Under the pieces are notes generated by a model. The model saw only the letters and a program-made list of their open reading frames with translations. It did not search any database and was not told the DNA's origin. Positions 29,601 to 39,403 of a stretch of DNA of 64,000 bases are shown here, in pieces. The translations under genes were made by a program, and so were the position numbers. Within the stretch, counting starts at the first letter, position 1; the number at the start of each line of letters is the position of its first letter. The DNA lies in contig CAWKAR010000024.1 of the NCBI GenBank assembly GCA_963847625.1, positions 1 to 64,000 on the forward strand. Reading direction: 5' to 3'. This DNA comes from a candidate division FCPU426 bacterium (GTDB taxonomy: Bacteria; Oederibacteriota; Muellerivitia; Muellerivitales; Muellerivitaceae).

Positions 29601-31900
29601 CGGCCACCAGTGTTTACATCGCGGACATGAACACCGATCAAATCGAGGTCTTTAACGGCACTGGCGGGGTCCTCATGCCCCCTTGGGGCGGGCCGGGCAA
29701 TACCGGGAATGGAACCTTCGACTATCCCACCGGTGTGGCCCTGGACGGCGCCGGAAACGTTTATGTGGCCGATTGGGACACCAATTTGGTGCAGGTTTTT
29801 GACCCCCAAGGGGCCTGGCAATACCAGTGGGATGTGACCCAAGGGACGGACCTTTTGGCGGCCCAGTCCATCGCGGTTTACAAGAATTGCTTGGTTTACG
29901 TGACGGACGGTTTTGGGGAAGTGGGCGTGTTTGATACCCATGGCAATCCTTACGGGTCGGTGGTTTCGGCCGCGTCCGGCGGTTTCATCAGCACCCAGGG
30001 CGTGGCGGTGGATTCGGCGGGCAATTGGTATGTAGGCGATTTGTCGGATGACCAAGTCAACGGCATCGCTCCCTGCCCGGCCTGCACGGTCGTGCCGACA
30101 CCCACTCCCACCGGCACCTGGTACTCTCCCACCCCCACGCCGACGAAAACCCCAACCCTGACGCCCACGAACACACCGACAATCACCCTGACCTTGACCC
30201 CCACGATCACGCCCACTCCGACCATTACGGGCACACCGACTCCGACTCCCTCGGGCACCTGGTACACGTCCACGCCCACCCTGACGCCAACCTCCACGCC
30301 CATTCCCAATTGCTGCCAAGGGGTGACATCCATCACCGGGCTTGGAGTTCCCGGAGGGATGGCCATTGACTATACCCGGAACCTGATCTACGTGTCGGAC
30401 CGGGGTAGCACCAAGAGTCTCTATGTTTTCACGACCGCCGGCAGTCCCGTCACCCATTTCTCGACCTGGCCGGGCGGAAACTTTAATACCATCCAGGACG
30501 TCGCGCTGGACAACCAGGGCAACGTCTTTGTGGCGGACTACAACGGGCTGGCGGTTTACGAGTTCAGTAACGCCAACTATTCCTGGACGGCTTCCATCGC
30601 GGTGAGCGCGATTAGTTATCCGAGGGGTGTTTGGGTGGACAATCAGGGAGTCACGACTTCGGTCTATATCACTTCCCAGAATGACAGTGTTTACCGGTAC
30701 GACAGCATTTCAGGCGGGGCTTTCGCCGCGGCGGCCACTTTCGGGGGCGCTTCGGTGTTGAACGTGCCCACTGGAATCACCAAACAGGGAAATACGGTCT
30801 ATGTCGTGGACGATGGGACGCACCTGGTGGAGTTTACCGGTTCCAGCTATGCCCCCGCCACGATCTATACCGGTGCCAGCGACCTGAAGGGCATCCGGAC
30901 GGACCTGGCGGGATATTTCTACGTGACGGAAAGCGGCGCGGGCAAGCTGGATAAATTCCTGTCAGGACTGGGGAACACGCCCAGCCAGTGCCCGATTCCT
31001 TCCAACCCCTGGGGGGTGGTGGTGGACGCCGCGGGGAAGATATTCGTCAGCGAGGACACCGGCGCGTCGGTGACGATTCTGCAAGGGTGCGTCACGGAAC
31101 CAGCCTTGACCCTAACGATGACGAACACTCCGACCATTACCCTAATCCCCACTACCACCAATACCTCCACCAATACCGCGACGGACACCCCGACTGGGAC
31201 TCCGACACCTACGCCGTCGATGACATCGACTGACACCCCAACCGCGACACCCACGGACACCCCCACCATCACCAATAGTCCCACACCATGGCCGACGGGC
31301 GTTCCCACCTATACTTACACCGACACTCCGACCCCGACGGACACGCCCACGCCGACCCCGACCCCGACAGCCACCTCGACCGGCACTCCCACCTATACTT
31401 ACACCGACACTTCGACCCCGACGGACACGCCCACGCCGACCCTAACCCCGACGGCCACCCCGACCAGCACATTCTCCGGTACGCCCACCAGTACTTCGAC
31501 ATGCACTTTGACTTCAACTGCAACCCCTACCCCCACGGTCACCCATACATCCACGCTTACGGATACTCCCACGATCACGAGTACGCCGACGATCACCCCG
31601 ACTTCAGCCCCCACGGGCGTTGTGATCGGGCCGCCCTATCCCAACCCGGTCTGGGGCGGGGGGGATATGACCCTGCCTATTTTCTTAAAGGATTATGACA
31701 ATAACGTGAGGATTAGGATTTTCACCGTGGCCTTCCGCAAGGTGAATGACTATGTTCTTAACGATTTGCCACCCGGGGGGTATAAAAAAACGGTGGTGAT
31801 GAAGGACCAATGGGGGGTGCCGCTGGCCAACGGGCTTTATTACTTGGTGGTGGATATTAACTATGAAAGAAAAATCTTTAAGATCATGGTTCTCAGGTGA
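26606..31900 (+). CDS. Large secreted NHL-repeat (beta-propeller) protein with Pro/Thr linkers and a C-terminal sorting-like domain
   Basis: Signal peptide; many P.G.AVD..GN.YVAD..NNRV repeats; ADIVLGQ motifs; TPTPT linkers; PYPNP...LANGLYY...KIMVLR C-terminus. Confidence 0.85.
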   Translation: MRYPKRFQLLAPKCALVFLPVFLFLAPRWVSGQVPVATRGVTGDLWADKILGQTDFSQTHEDEVTAKTLFHDESVIVDNLHNILYVWDSANSRVLGVSNFSNAANGQGADIVLGQEDFVHGGSNHDSNWQTFNLSVSPSAFYSPPVLPTAYTLMGQSYNLQSTEEAGSQANMAVDSQGDLYVPDYGNNRVLRFNYPVYTNEPASYVWGQIDGSGTPHFDFQAANNVGNNVPSYPTSTNLNFFPTSQIEHTDGFLPEYGAGVAVDSWGNLWVADSQNNRVLRFPNTGSGVPSTTADVVLGQNSFSANGANGAGSYNNLTAFPILREPQAVRVDVSGNVYVMECSGYGGYGRISIFKPTGATGSGVPTYTLGETASQMILEMNGGTSYGTGEPMGMELDPNLDTSTQVGLWSVDHLAGLIYHYKVTWPTFTVTILQSFSTEEYQASPGVASNGDLYVGEYRNDTVDHFPAGATSPNLYLFQTTGYNGPGNMPGDVGFREPNGALVAVSASGVTQIIGADCFRIHFWNMPDSGPSGLNNGQPEDGYAGTSNPYVFDVYLRQGYGQMAQDPTGNYLWVIDQLDNANRADAFSLPLSKIPEVNPVVTVSSPLSVLGQTTQATFTVISGLTMDAAGNLWLADETKNRVMRVRNPLTVPVVDIILGQTNTTNTGSGLSAATFENPSFLKFDHHGDLYVSDDWLEFIGNNRMLRFDAKSIPANPAACVFAIPADGVYGTGGSFTSPGTTQYDSAFWEMAFTSDDSFMVAGTNSQVNSGYPPVILQNPRNGIMPAGTPDVPGAGDNIYGHLRDYGPQSFSVNFDGNNNLYAMDLNRDRILVYYQPFSIGTQTPTPTPTNIPANTATNSPTLTPTPTPGAVLACGSSHNWSVPQPNGIAVDSAGNVYVADDSAKRIDIFYPSGAPMSPTSSIGVGYLTSPVGVAVDGQGMVYVTDGIQSSYTYGTAQYRVDVFNGINSANPGSIAASWVSAASSTHVLEAPVGIAVNSAATSVYIADMNTDQIEVFNGTGGVLMPPWGGPGNTGNGTFDYPTGVALDGAGNVYVADWDTNLVQVFDPQGAWQYQWDVTQGTDLLAAQSIAVYKNCLVYVTDGFGEVGVFDTHGNPYGSVVSAASGGFISTQGVAVDSAGNWYVGDLSDDQVNGIAPCPACTVVPTPTPTGTWYSPTPTPTKTPTLTPTNTPTITLTLTPTITPTPTITGTPTPTPSGTWYTSTPTLTPTSTPIPNCCQGVTSITGLGVPGGMAIDYTRNLIYVSDRGSTKSLYVFTTAGSPVTHFSTWPGGNFNTIQDVALDNQGNVFVADYNGLAVYEFSNANYSWTASIAVSAISYPRGVWVDNQGVTTSVYITSQNDSVYRYDSISGGAFAAAATFGGASVLNVPTGITKQGNTVYVVDDGTHLVEFTGSSYAPATIYTGASDLKGIRTDLAGYFYVTESGAGKLDKFLSGLGNTPSQCPIPSNPWGVVVDAAGKIFVSEDTGASVTILQGCVTEPALTLTMTNTPTITLIPTTTNTSTNTATDTPTGTPTPTPSMTSTDTPTATPTDTPTITNSPTPWPTGVPTYTYTDTPTPTDTPTPTPTPTATSTGTPTYTYTDTSTPTDTPTPTLTPTATPTSTFSGTPTSTSTCTLTSTATPTPTVTHTSTLTDTPTITSTPTITPTSAPTGVVIGPPYPNPVWGGGDMTLPIFLKDYDNNVRIRIFTVAFRKVNDYVLNDLPPGGYKKTVVMKDQWGVPLANGLYYLVVDINYERKIFKIMVLR

Positions 31901-31955
31901 GCGTGAAGGGGTAGTTTATAAAAAATTAGGATTCATTTATTTATGAAATAATGAA

Positions 31956-32369
31956 TCAGGTTTTTTTACTTTTTTTTGATTTTTTGGTTTGAGGCACGGG
32001 AGTGATCTGGTCAAGGTTATCCTTGTATTTCGCGTAGAGATTGGGTTGCATGCGCCTCACATCCGCTTCCAAAGATCCTTTGGATGGGGCCCAATCATTC
32101 AAATAGGCCCGGCACATCCATTCCTTTTCCCGCGAAAGTTCCAGCCAGGGGGTGTGGGGCGTGCTGTAAAACTCACTCACTATTTCGTAATTCCACTTGG
32201 CATCTTTGTAATTATTTTTTTTGAAGAAGGCCTCGCCTTCCTCGAAAAATCTCTGTGCCCTCGTGATATTTTCCTTTTTATACAAGTTACGCATTTTCAG
32301 GGAAACCCACCCACAAAAAGAGACAAACAACGCTACCAAAGAAAGAATAAACGACCATACCGTTGCCAT
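31956..32369 (-). CDS. Hypothetical membrane-anchored protein with TPR-like helix pair
   Basis: N-terminal TM, FEEGEAFFKKNNYKDAKWNY. Confidence 0.55.
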   Translation of the reverse strand: MATVWSFILSLVALFVSFCGWVSLKMRNLYKKENITRAQRFFEEGEAFFKKNNYKDAKWNYEIVSEFYSTPHTPWLELSREKEWMCRAYLNDWAPSKGSLEADVRRMQPNLYAKYKDNLDQITPVPQTKKSKKSKKT

Positions 32370-32724
32370 GACTTATCACCTTTTAAATCTCTCTTGTCAC
32401 CTCCACCATTGTGGACTCATTTTGAGAAAAGAGTCGGAATCCGGGAAATATATACTGGAAAGACCGTTATTTTGTCCTTTTTGGGTTTTTCGCCGTGGAT
32501 TGGGTTGATTCGCGGGGTGGAACCGGATGCCCAGGCGAGATCCGTGGGGAGACATGTCGAACGGTTAGATGAAACCTGTGGTGAATTCATCGAACCACTT
32601 TCCGCAAAGCCACTTGGACAGGCTTTTTCATAGGTGAACCTATTTTTGTCAATGCGCTAACAAGGAGAGACTGTTGGCAATAGCGGGGGATTTCGGTATT
32701 TGTTCCAACTTTTTCGCATTAGTT

Positions 32725-33699
32725 TTAACAACACCAAGGACAATAAAATGCGACAAAATGATTATTTATAATCTGATAAATATAAGTCTCTTCGCTTGTT
32801 CCGCCGGTTTTACTTGGGAATAAATATTTTAATACGGCATAATTTTTTTTCATTACTTTAAAAAGTTGATCAAAATAACAATTTTCTTTGATAAATAATT
32901 TCCCACCAACTTTGCAAATCAATATTTTTTTTTGGTCGCTATGCGATCCATTAGTGTAAGGTATTACCAAATTCAAAAAACTAAAAGTGGAGTCAGTAAA
33001 TGAAACGGCTGAAACTACCTGGGCTTTATTAACCCAGGATTTTGTATTCTGTGTTACAGGTTTGTGAGAAACCCGTTCCTTACTATAAATTTTAATATCA
33101 CCGCCGCCTATCATTAGTATATTTCCATCAAAATCTTCAACATCGTTATTTTTTAATTGGTCTAGTATATTTTTAATTTCCTCATTGGATATGGACTGAG
33201 ATTTGACTTCCTGCGGCCTTTGATTCTTCGGTAGGTTGGATGGCACTGAAACATAAATTGGTGACCTCAAACTATTTTTGAAACCAATTGGGATCACACC
33301 TTGGTCAATATCAAAGGTAGGGATTAAATTACCCGAAATATCGTTTTCGCTGATTTGATAAGTTTTGGCTTTCGTTATACCTATTAACTTAGAGTCACAA
33401 AACATCCAAAGATTTTCACTTGGCTTTGGGCAAACTAATTTTTTAGTAACGGTTTTTGGTAAAAATATTCTTCCTCCAGGAACACGATACCCTTCTTTGC
33501 CCAACAAAACTCCGTGTTCACTGACAGAATATCCACAATTTTTTACCATAACTTTTATATCTCCCCTGAATTTGAAAAGTGAGGATATATAAAACCACGG
33601 AGGTTGTACTTTAGGAAGATCAGACCCTAATGCTACGCTAATAAAAAATGAACTTGTGAGTAATCCAATATAAAGAACCTTAGTTAATAATAATTTCAA
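32725..33699 (-). CDS. Hypothetical exported protein, low GC
   Basis: 324-aa ORF, signal-peptide-like start, GGAGGG RBS, markedly AT-rich. Confidence 0.65.
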   Translation of the reverse strand: MKLLLTKVLYIGLLTSSFFISVALGSDLPKVQPPWFYISSLFKFRGDIKVMVKNCGYSVSEHGVLLGKEGYRVPGGRIFLPKTVTKKLVCPKPSENLWMFCDSKLIGITKAKTYQISENDISGNLIPTFDIDQGVIPIGFKNSLRSPIYVSVPSNLPKNQRPQEVKSQSISNEEIKNILDQLKNNDVEDFDGNILMIGGGDIKIYSKERVSHKPVTQNTKSWVNKAQVVSAVSFTDSTFSFLNLVIPYTNGSHSDQKKILICKVGGKLFIKENCYFDQLFKVMKKNYAVLKYLFPSKTGGTSEETYIYQIINNHFVAFYCPWCC

Positions 33700-33864
33700 A
33701 ACTTCCCTCCGTGTTTTCGGCCCAAGTAGCCGTCCGTCTACAGATGGATGAAACTACGTGTCGAAATTAATAAAAAAATTAGGGGTCTGGCCACACGCTC
33801 CGCAGGGTGTGGCAGTTGAACATACAGCACTTTAATATTTTGGGCGAACTTCACGCCCTGCCTA

Positions 33865-36800
33865 TCAACGAAGCACAAGTAGTTTCCCCACCCACTTGTT
33901 TCCCCGGGATTTAACCGCCACGAAATAAAGCCCATTGGCGAGGGGGTCACCCCAATCGTCCATCAGGCCCAGGGCGATCACCGCGCCCAGAAGCTGGTGG
34001 CCATAGGGCCTATGGACCACCCTTCGGTAGGCCACGGTGAAGAAATCCACCTCGACATCGCCTCCGAGAGGGAGGGTTAGGTTTACGGTTTCACCGGCCT
34101 TGACCGGGTTGGGCCAGAGGCCTTTGCCGGCAATGGGAGTAGGCGTGAAGGAAGGCGACATCGTGGGGCTGGGGGTCGGGGTGGGTGTGGGAGTGGGTGT
34201 AGGAGTGGATGTTGGCGAAGCGGTAGGCGTAGCAGTGAAGGTCAAGGACGGTGTAGGGGTATTTGTAGAGGTGGATGTAAATGTGGGGGTTGAAGTAGAT
34301 GTTGTCGTGAGGGTGGGCGTCATCGAAGCCGTGGGTGCCGGGGACGGGGTCCAGGTGCAGGTGGGGGTGAAGCTAAAGGCGGGCGTCGGCGTGGGGGTGC
34401 TGGTCGGGCTGGGGGCGGCTCCGCAGGAGGTGAGCACGCGGATGTTGTCCAGGTAAAAGGTGCCGTAATTCCCCGTGCCCGTCACGGGACAGTCGCTGTT
34501 ATAGATGAAATGAAGCTTGGTGATGGGCATGGCGCGCGAAAAAGCGTGGCTAAAGTCGAGGTTGAAGGTGACGTTTAAATTTTCCCCGGCCGCCAGGTCC
34601 ACGTAGTTGGTGGCGAAAGACTGGTCGTAGGTGGCGGGCGCCGAATCCGCCGATAGGAATAGCTGGTTCCACTGGGGGCCGATGATGCCGGCCGGAACAT
34701 AGATATCCAGCGCCAGCTGGGTGGCATGGGACCAGTCGGTGGGGGTGAATCCGCCCAGGATAAATATCTGTTCGTTCCATCCCCCGGAAGGGTTGAAGGT
34801 CACCGCGGCCGCCAGGCAGTGGGTGCCCTGGGTCACGGCCGTGACGGGCGCCGGGGGCGCGGTCACCACCGTCAAGGATGAATCGTTGGTTCCGGACCAG
34901 GTGCCGTTCTTGCCAAGGGTCTCACAGCCGTTGAGAAGCGCCCAGCACAGGGTGGGGGTGGGGGTGAACGTCTGGGTGACGGTGGGGGTGTTGGTGGCGG
35001 TGGGGGAGGGGGTGAAGGTGGGCAGGGTGCCGGTGGGCGTGGCGGAGGCGGTATTGGTGACGGTGGGCGTGTTCGTGGGGCCCGCATAGGCCGCGAAGGC
35101 CGAGACCAGGAACTGGTATTTCGCCTGGTAACCCTGGTCGGGCTCGTTGATTTCCCAGGAATCCTGCGGCCAGGGGACCCCCCAATCCTTGTAGGACTTC
35201 ATGGGCGGCTCGTTTTGGGGCGGGGAGATGGTGCCGTTATAAGAGGCATCCGGCGCGTAATACTGGTTCGGCCCGCCGGGCAGGAAACCCGGCGCCGGCC
35301 CCACCGCCGAAAAGCCGGTGCTTCCGTCGTACGGGGTCCCGGTATAGAACCAGCTGTGGTAGAGGGACATGACCGAGGCGACGGCCCCCAGGTTGGCGCC
35401 CTTGGCGCCCATGTTGGAAAGGAACACGAAGTCCAGGGGGTTGCGGCCGTGGAAGTAATGCAGGTACTCCTCGGCCTGGTTGAGGTAGGCCGTGGTGTGG
35501 GCCGGGTAGACCCCCAGCTTGGCCGCGAACAGGAGCTGGTTGCCCCAGGAGCCCTTCATCTGGTTGGAGCCCCAGCAGTAATGGCCGTCGAACATGTAAC
35601 CCATGTAGGGGTCGCCGCCGTTGGTGCTGTTCCCGGGATTGTAGGCGAGGATGCCCTCGCACTCGTTCCTGAGGGAGTTCCCGACGGCCGTGGTCACGGC
35701 GGCCGTGGCGCCCGGCGCCAGGCAGTAGGACACCATGGCCAGTTGCAGGGGCTCGGCCAGGGAGGGGTCGAAGTGGTCGCTCCCGGCGGGAGGGTTCCCG
35801 ACCGGAAGGAAATTACCGTCCTCGGCCACGGCGCAGGCGGGGGAGTTGTAGTTGGCGTCGAAGTAGCTTTGGTAGGCGCTGTTGCCGGTCAGGGCGAACA
35901 GCTCGGCCGCGGCCGCCACCCGTGCCTGGGCCTCCCAACTGGCCTCCATGTTGGCGTTGGCGTCGATGATCCCGGCCGCGTTATAGGTCACGGGCGAGGG
36001 ATTGGCCTGCAGGTAATTCCAGGCCGCCGTGGCCGCGTTTAGCAGGGTGACCGGCCCGTAGGAGGGGTACGCGCCGGGGTAGTTCTGGAACAGCCTGGCG
36101 CCCAGGGCGAAGGCCATGCACCCGGTGGCCGTGGCGGTGGTGGAGACGTTCGTGTAAAAGCGCTGGGTGGCGTCGTTGGCCGGGTTGCCCAGCCCGCCCG
36201 CGCCGGAACTGAAGCCCACCACGGAAAAAAGCGCGCCGTCGTTTCTTTGCATGCGGAGCATCCAGTCCAGCTCCCATTTCGCCTCGTCCAGCATGTCCGG
36301 AACGCCGTTGCCCGACTCGGGGATGTTGGTGTTGTCCGGGTAGCCCGCCGGGTACCATTCCACCGAGTGCATCAGGTACCACATCGTGGAGTAGGCGAAG
36401 CTGACGTACTTCGCGTAATCCCCCGCGTCGTGCCAGCCGCCGTGGACGTCTAGGGCCGTTCCCGCGCCTTGGTCCGCGTTGTTGTCCCAAAGGTCCGCCG
36501 AAAGGTCCTGGCCCGCGCCCTCGTGGCAGGCCGTATGGTTCCAGTTGGCGCCGCCGTTGGCCGCGATGATGTTTTCCCCGCAGCGTTGGTAGAGGTACAT
36601 GCGCTGGGAGGCCGTCACCACGGCGTTATAGACCGCGTTGTTGATTTGGAAGGTGCAGGACTGGCTCCCGGGGTTGGAGCCGCCCGGCACCTGGATGTAA
36701 TAGCTTCCCGGCGCGATATAGGTGGAAAAGTCGCCCTGCCAGGCCATGTCCCCCGATTGGGTGTGCACCGCCCCGCCGCTCCACTGGGTGACGGTTCCCG

Positions 36801-37041
36801 AGAAAACCGTGGCGCCGCTGGAGGAGTTGATGAGGTTGAAGGCCGTCCCCGGCGTGAAAGTGGAGGGGCTTCCCAGGCCCGAAACCGGCTGGGAAAAAAT
36901 CACGAGCTTGGGCGCGGAGGCCTGGTAACCGAACTGGTCCACGAGGATGTTTGGGCACACCGCACCGAGGACCCGGGCCGGAAAGCAGGCAACCAGGGCC
37001 GAAACCGACAAAAGGGTGATTTTTCGAATGATGGGATTCAA
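33865..37041 (-). CDS. Glycoside hydrolase family 9 (cellulase) with N-terminal Ig-like domain, PT linkers, possible CBM and C-terminal sorting-like domain
   Basis: VDQFGY, YLYQRCG, DVHGGWHDAGDYAKY, LDEAKWELDWML, HYFHGRNP, WEINE; likely TTG start at 37041 after GGAG. Confidence 0.9.
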   Translation of the reverse strand: MNPIIRKITLLSVSALVACFPARVLGAVCPNILVDQFGYQASAPKLVIFSQPVSGLGSPSTFTPGTAFNLINSSSGATVFSGTVTQWSGGAVHTQSGDMAWQGDFSTYIAPGSYYIQVPGGSNPGSQSCTFQINNAVYNAVVTASQRMYLYQRCGENIIAANGGANWNHTACHEGAGQDLSADLWDNNADQGAGTALDVHGGWHDAGDYAKYVSFAYSTMWYLMHSVEWYPAGYPDNTNIPESGNGVPDMLDEAKWELDWMLRMQRNDGALFSVVGFSSGAGGLGNPANDATQRFYTNVSTTATATGCMAFALGARLFQNYPGAYPSYGPVTLLNAATAAWNYLQANPSPVTYNAAGIIDANANMEASWEAQARVAAAAELFALTGNSAYQSYFDANYNSPACAVAEDGNFLPVGNPPAGSDHFDPSLAEPLQLAMVSYCLAPGATAAVTTAVGNSLRNECEGILAYNPGNSTNGGDPYMGYMFDGHYCWGSNQMKGSWGNQLLFAAKLGVYPAHTTAYLNQAEEYLHYFHGRNPLDFVFLSNMGAKGANLGAVASVMSLYHSWFYTGTPYDGSTGFSAVGPAPGFLPGGPNQYYAPDASYNGTISPPQNEPPMKSYKDWGVPWPQDSWEINEPDQGYQAKYQFLVSAFAAYAGPTNTPTVTNTASATPTGTLPTFTPSPTATNTPTVTQTFTPTPTLCWALLNGCETLGKNGTWSGTNDSSLTVVTAPPAPVTAVTQGTHCLAAAVTFNPSGGWNEQIFILGGFTPTDWSHATQLALDIYVPAGIIGPQWNQLFLSADSAPATYDQSFATNYVDLAAGENLNVTFNLDFSHAFSRAMPITKLHFIYNSDCPVTGTGNYGTFYLDNIRVLTSCGAAPSPTSTPTPTPAFSFTPTCTWTPSPAPTASMTPTLTTTSTSTPTFTSTSTNTPTPSLTFTATPTASPTSTPTPTPTPTPTPSPTMSPSFTPTPIAGKGLWPNPVKAGETVNLTLPLGGDVEVDFFTVAYRRVVHRPYGHQLLGAVIALGLMDDWGDPLANGLYFVAVKSRGNKWVGKLLVLR

Positions 37042-37109
37042 ACTTGGACCGCTCCGCGCGTGGGTTGTGACTTTTTCATTATACCCCCGGCGCATTGGGG
37101 GTGGGGCAA

Positions 37110-37150
37110 GGGGATAAGGCCACCCGCTGTGGTGCGGGGGGCCTGACCCC
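37110..37150. repeat. REP-like hairpin (GGGRTHAGG...CCTGACCCC family), copy A
   Basis: GGGATAAGGCCACCCGC-loop-GCGGGGGCCTGACCCC. Confidence 0.5.
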
Positions 37151-37970
37151 TAATTTCATCTCGGTTACACTCCAAACAAACAGCAAAATGGATAATGTAG
37201 GTCCCTTTGTTCCGGAATCTAAATCAAATTACTAAGCTTGGATCCTCAGAAAACTGGTCGAAGGATAAGCTCTTATCTTTAACAGGCCCCAAAAATCGTT
37301 CATAACGTGATTTTTCTGCTTCGATTATTTGCGGTTCTTTAATAAATCCCGTAGGCATATTTACTAGAGATATTTCCCAATTAGTACCTTTTCGCATTTG
37401 TGCGCGTTTTAATAAATATCGAACATGTATATCTGCATCAGGGAAAGAATACCCGCAAAATATTAATTTATCGGCTGCGACCAACTCAGCCTCTGCCTTA
37501 TCCCATATTTGCATTAAATGTAAATTCGAAAGAGCCTTAAAATAGGTCGGTGGAATAATTATTGGAACAATTTGCGTTTGACATTTTTTACAGAAACATT
37601 CTGGGTCCGATGGATTATAAATTAATCTGCAGACACCTTTTTCTTTCGGAGTAAGTTCTGTTTTTCTACAAACGGGACAATATAACCAATTAAGACTTCC
37701 ATGAAGTTTAAACAGTGATATTGATTTATCTAAATTTGGTGCACTCCACTCATTCGGCGAAGAATCAGGATAATCATTATCGAAATTGAAGAAATTAACT
37801 CCGTAATCCAAATCCAGGCCAAAGTAACCTCGCGCAGTTAATAAAGCATTATCAATTAATATGTCATAATTCAAACTGATAAAGCTTGTATTCTTAAGTG
37901 CTTTTCGCTTGCCCAATTCTTCTACAAGTTGGTTGTGCTTTGTATGAGCAAAAGGACCAAGTTTTTCATT

Positions 37971-39025
37971 CCCGAGTTCCATAAGTAAGTGCAACACTTA
38001 GTGTCTGAAGAAGGCCGCATGAATAGGATATGCGGCTATGAAAAAGAAATACAAGCATTTAAGCGTTGAAGAAAGAGATCATTTATCCGTCTTGAAAGGA
38101 AAGGGTCTTAGCCTTCGAGCAATTTCACGCGCCTTGAAGAGGTCTCCTTCCACCCTCTCCAGGGAACTCAAGCGCAATGCTCCCCCTATCCGTTCTGGTT
38201 ATTATCTTTCTCATCGAGCCCATCAACGGTATGTTGACCGCAACCAACAACGAGCACGCCGTTTACGCCTGAAAACAAAACGAATTCGTGCCTACGTCCG
38301 TCGTCAATTGAAACGAGGCTGGTCTCCAGAACTCATTTCAGGTCGATTAGGTCACCTACGGCCTAAGCAAACCATTGGTCCTGAAGCTATCTATCAGTGG
38401 GTTTATGCTGAAGCCACTGAGCTGATTCCTTGCCTAGTTCGACACCACCGGCGACGATTCTCATTTGGCCATAGCCGTAAGCACGCCAAAAACCATATCC
38501 CAGGCCGTGTTTCCATCGATAAGCGCTCCGAGATCGCCAATCAACGCAAGCAATTCGGCCATTGGGAAACCGACACCATGGTCTCTCGTCAGAGTAAAGT
38601 TGCTATGCGGGCTCTCGTCGAGCGTCAAAGCCGTTTTTCCAAGTTGGGAAAGCTCAAACGAAAGACCGCTCGCCAAATGAGTCATAGCCTCAACCGCGCT
38701 TTATGCCGCTTCCCTCAAGACGCCCGCCTGAGTCTGACCTATGACAACGGAACCGAAAACACCAACCACTTGGAAACCAACCACGTGCTTGGTACAAAAT
38801 CCTTTTTCTGCGCCCCTTTCCACAGTTGGGAAAAAGGTACGGTGGAAAATACTATCGGTCTTGTCCGCCGCCATTTGCCTAAAAAGACTGATCTTGCTAA
38901 AGTGTCCTTCAAAGAATTCAGGACCATAGAAAGATGGCTCAATAACAGGCCCAGGAAATGTTTGGGCTTTAAAACTCCGGCGGAAGTCTTCCGGCGAAGT
39001 GTTGCACTTACTCCGTGAATTCGGC
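37971..39025 (+). mobile_element. IS30-family insertion sequence, copy 1 (1055 bp)
   Basis: Imperfect TIRs CCCGAGTTCCATAAGTAAGTGCAACACTT / (rc) GCCGAATTCACGGAGTAAGTGCAACACTT; ATT TSD. Confidence 0.95.
38038..39018 (+). CDS. IS30-family DDE transposase
   Basis: N-terminal HTH (RSPSTLSRELKRN), WSPELI, GHWETD, TYDNGTE, WEKGTVEN, LNNRPRKCLGFKTP. Confidence 0.95.
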   Translation: MKKKYKHLSVEERDHLSVLKGKGLSLRAISRALKRSPSTLSRELKRNAPPIRSGYYLSHRAHQRYVDRNQQRARRLRLKTKRIRAYVRRQLKRGWSPELISGRLGHLRPKQTIGPEAIYQWVYAEATELIPCLVRHHRRRFSFGHSRKHAKNHIPGRVSIDKRSEIANQRKQFGHWETDTMVSRQSKVAMRALVERQSRFSKLGKLKRKTARQMSHSLNRALCRFPQDARLSLTYDNGTENTNHLETNHVLGTKSFFCAPFHSWEKGTVENTIGLVRRHLPKKTDLAKVSFKEFRTIERWLNNRPRKCLGFKTPAEVFRRSVALTP

Positions 39026-39403
39026 ATTAATTATTTCTGCCATAAGCAAAACTAATTTTTCATGAATCTCAATCAAAGATGATTTTGTAACACCTAATGG
39101 ATTACGTTTAAAATCCTCACTTTCTATTATTGAAATTTCTAAAATACCAAGTATTTCTTCAAACGTTGGATAATTTCGATGCCCCCTGATATTAATATTA
39201 AAAAACTCCTTAAAAAATCGAATCAATATTTTATTTCTTTTTTCATCCTGTAGTCTCCTGGTAAGAACATGCTCAAAGTATTCAAAAAATAGTTTAGATT
39301 GAACTGGTGCGCCATCACTGGCCGAAGCTCCAGCACCCAAAATAATTATGGTTTTTACATCTTTAGTTGCCATGGCTTTTCCTCAATTCTTCAATCAGGA
39401 TTC

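Larger units (their letters stand above)
37224..39373 (-). pseudogene. SIR2-like (SIR2_2) domain protein, ~363 aa, interrupted by IS30
   Basis: N-part ILGAGAS; C-part ISLNYD, KLHGSLNW, CPVC..C..C, IIPPT..K, FCGYSFPDAD; removing the IS plus one ATT gives in-frame MAEIINEKLGP. Confidence 0.88.

Noticed and set aside
37224..37997. Stand-alone 257-aa ORF
   Set aside because: Its first residues come from the IS end; it is the 3' part of the interrupted SIR2-like gene
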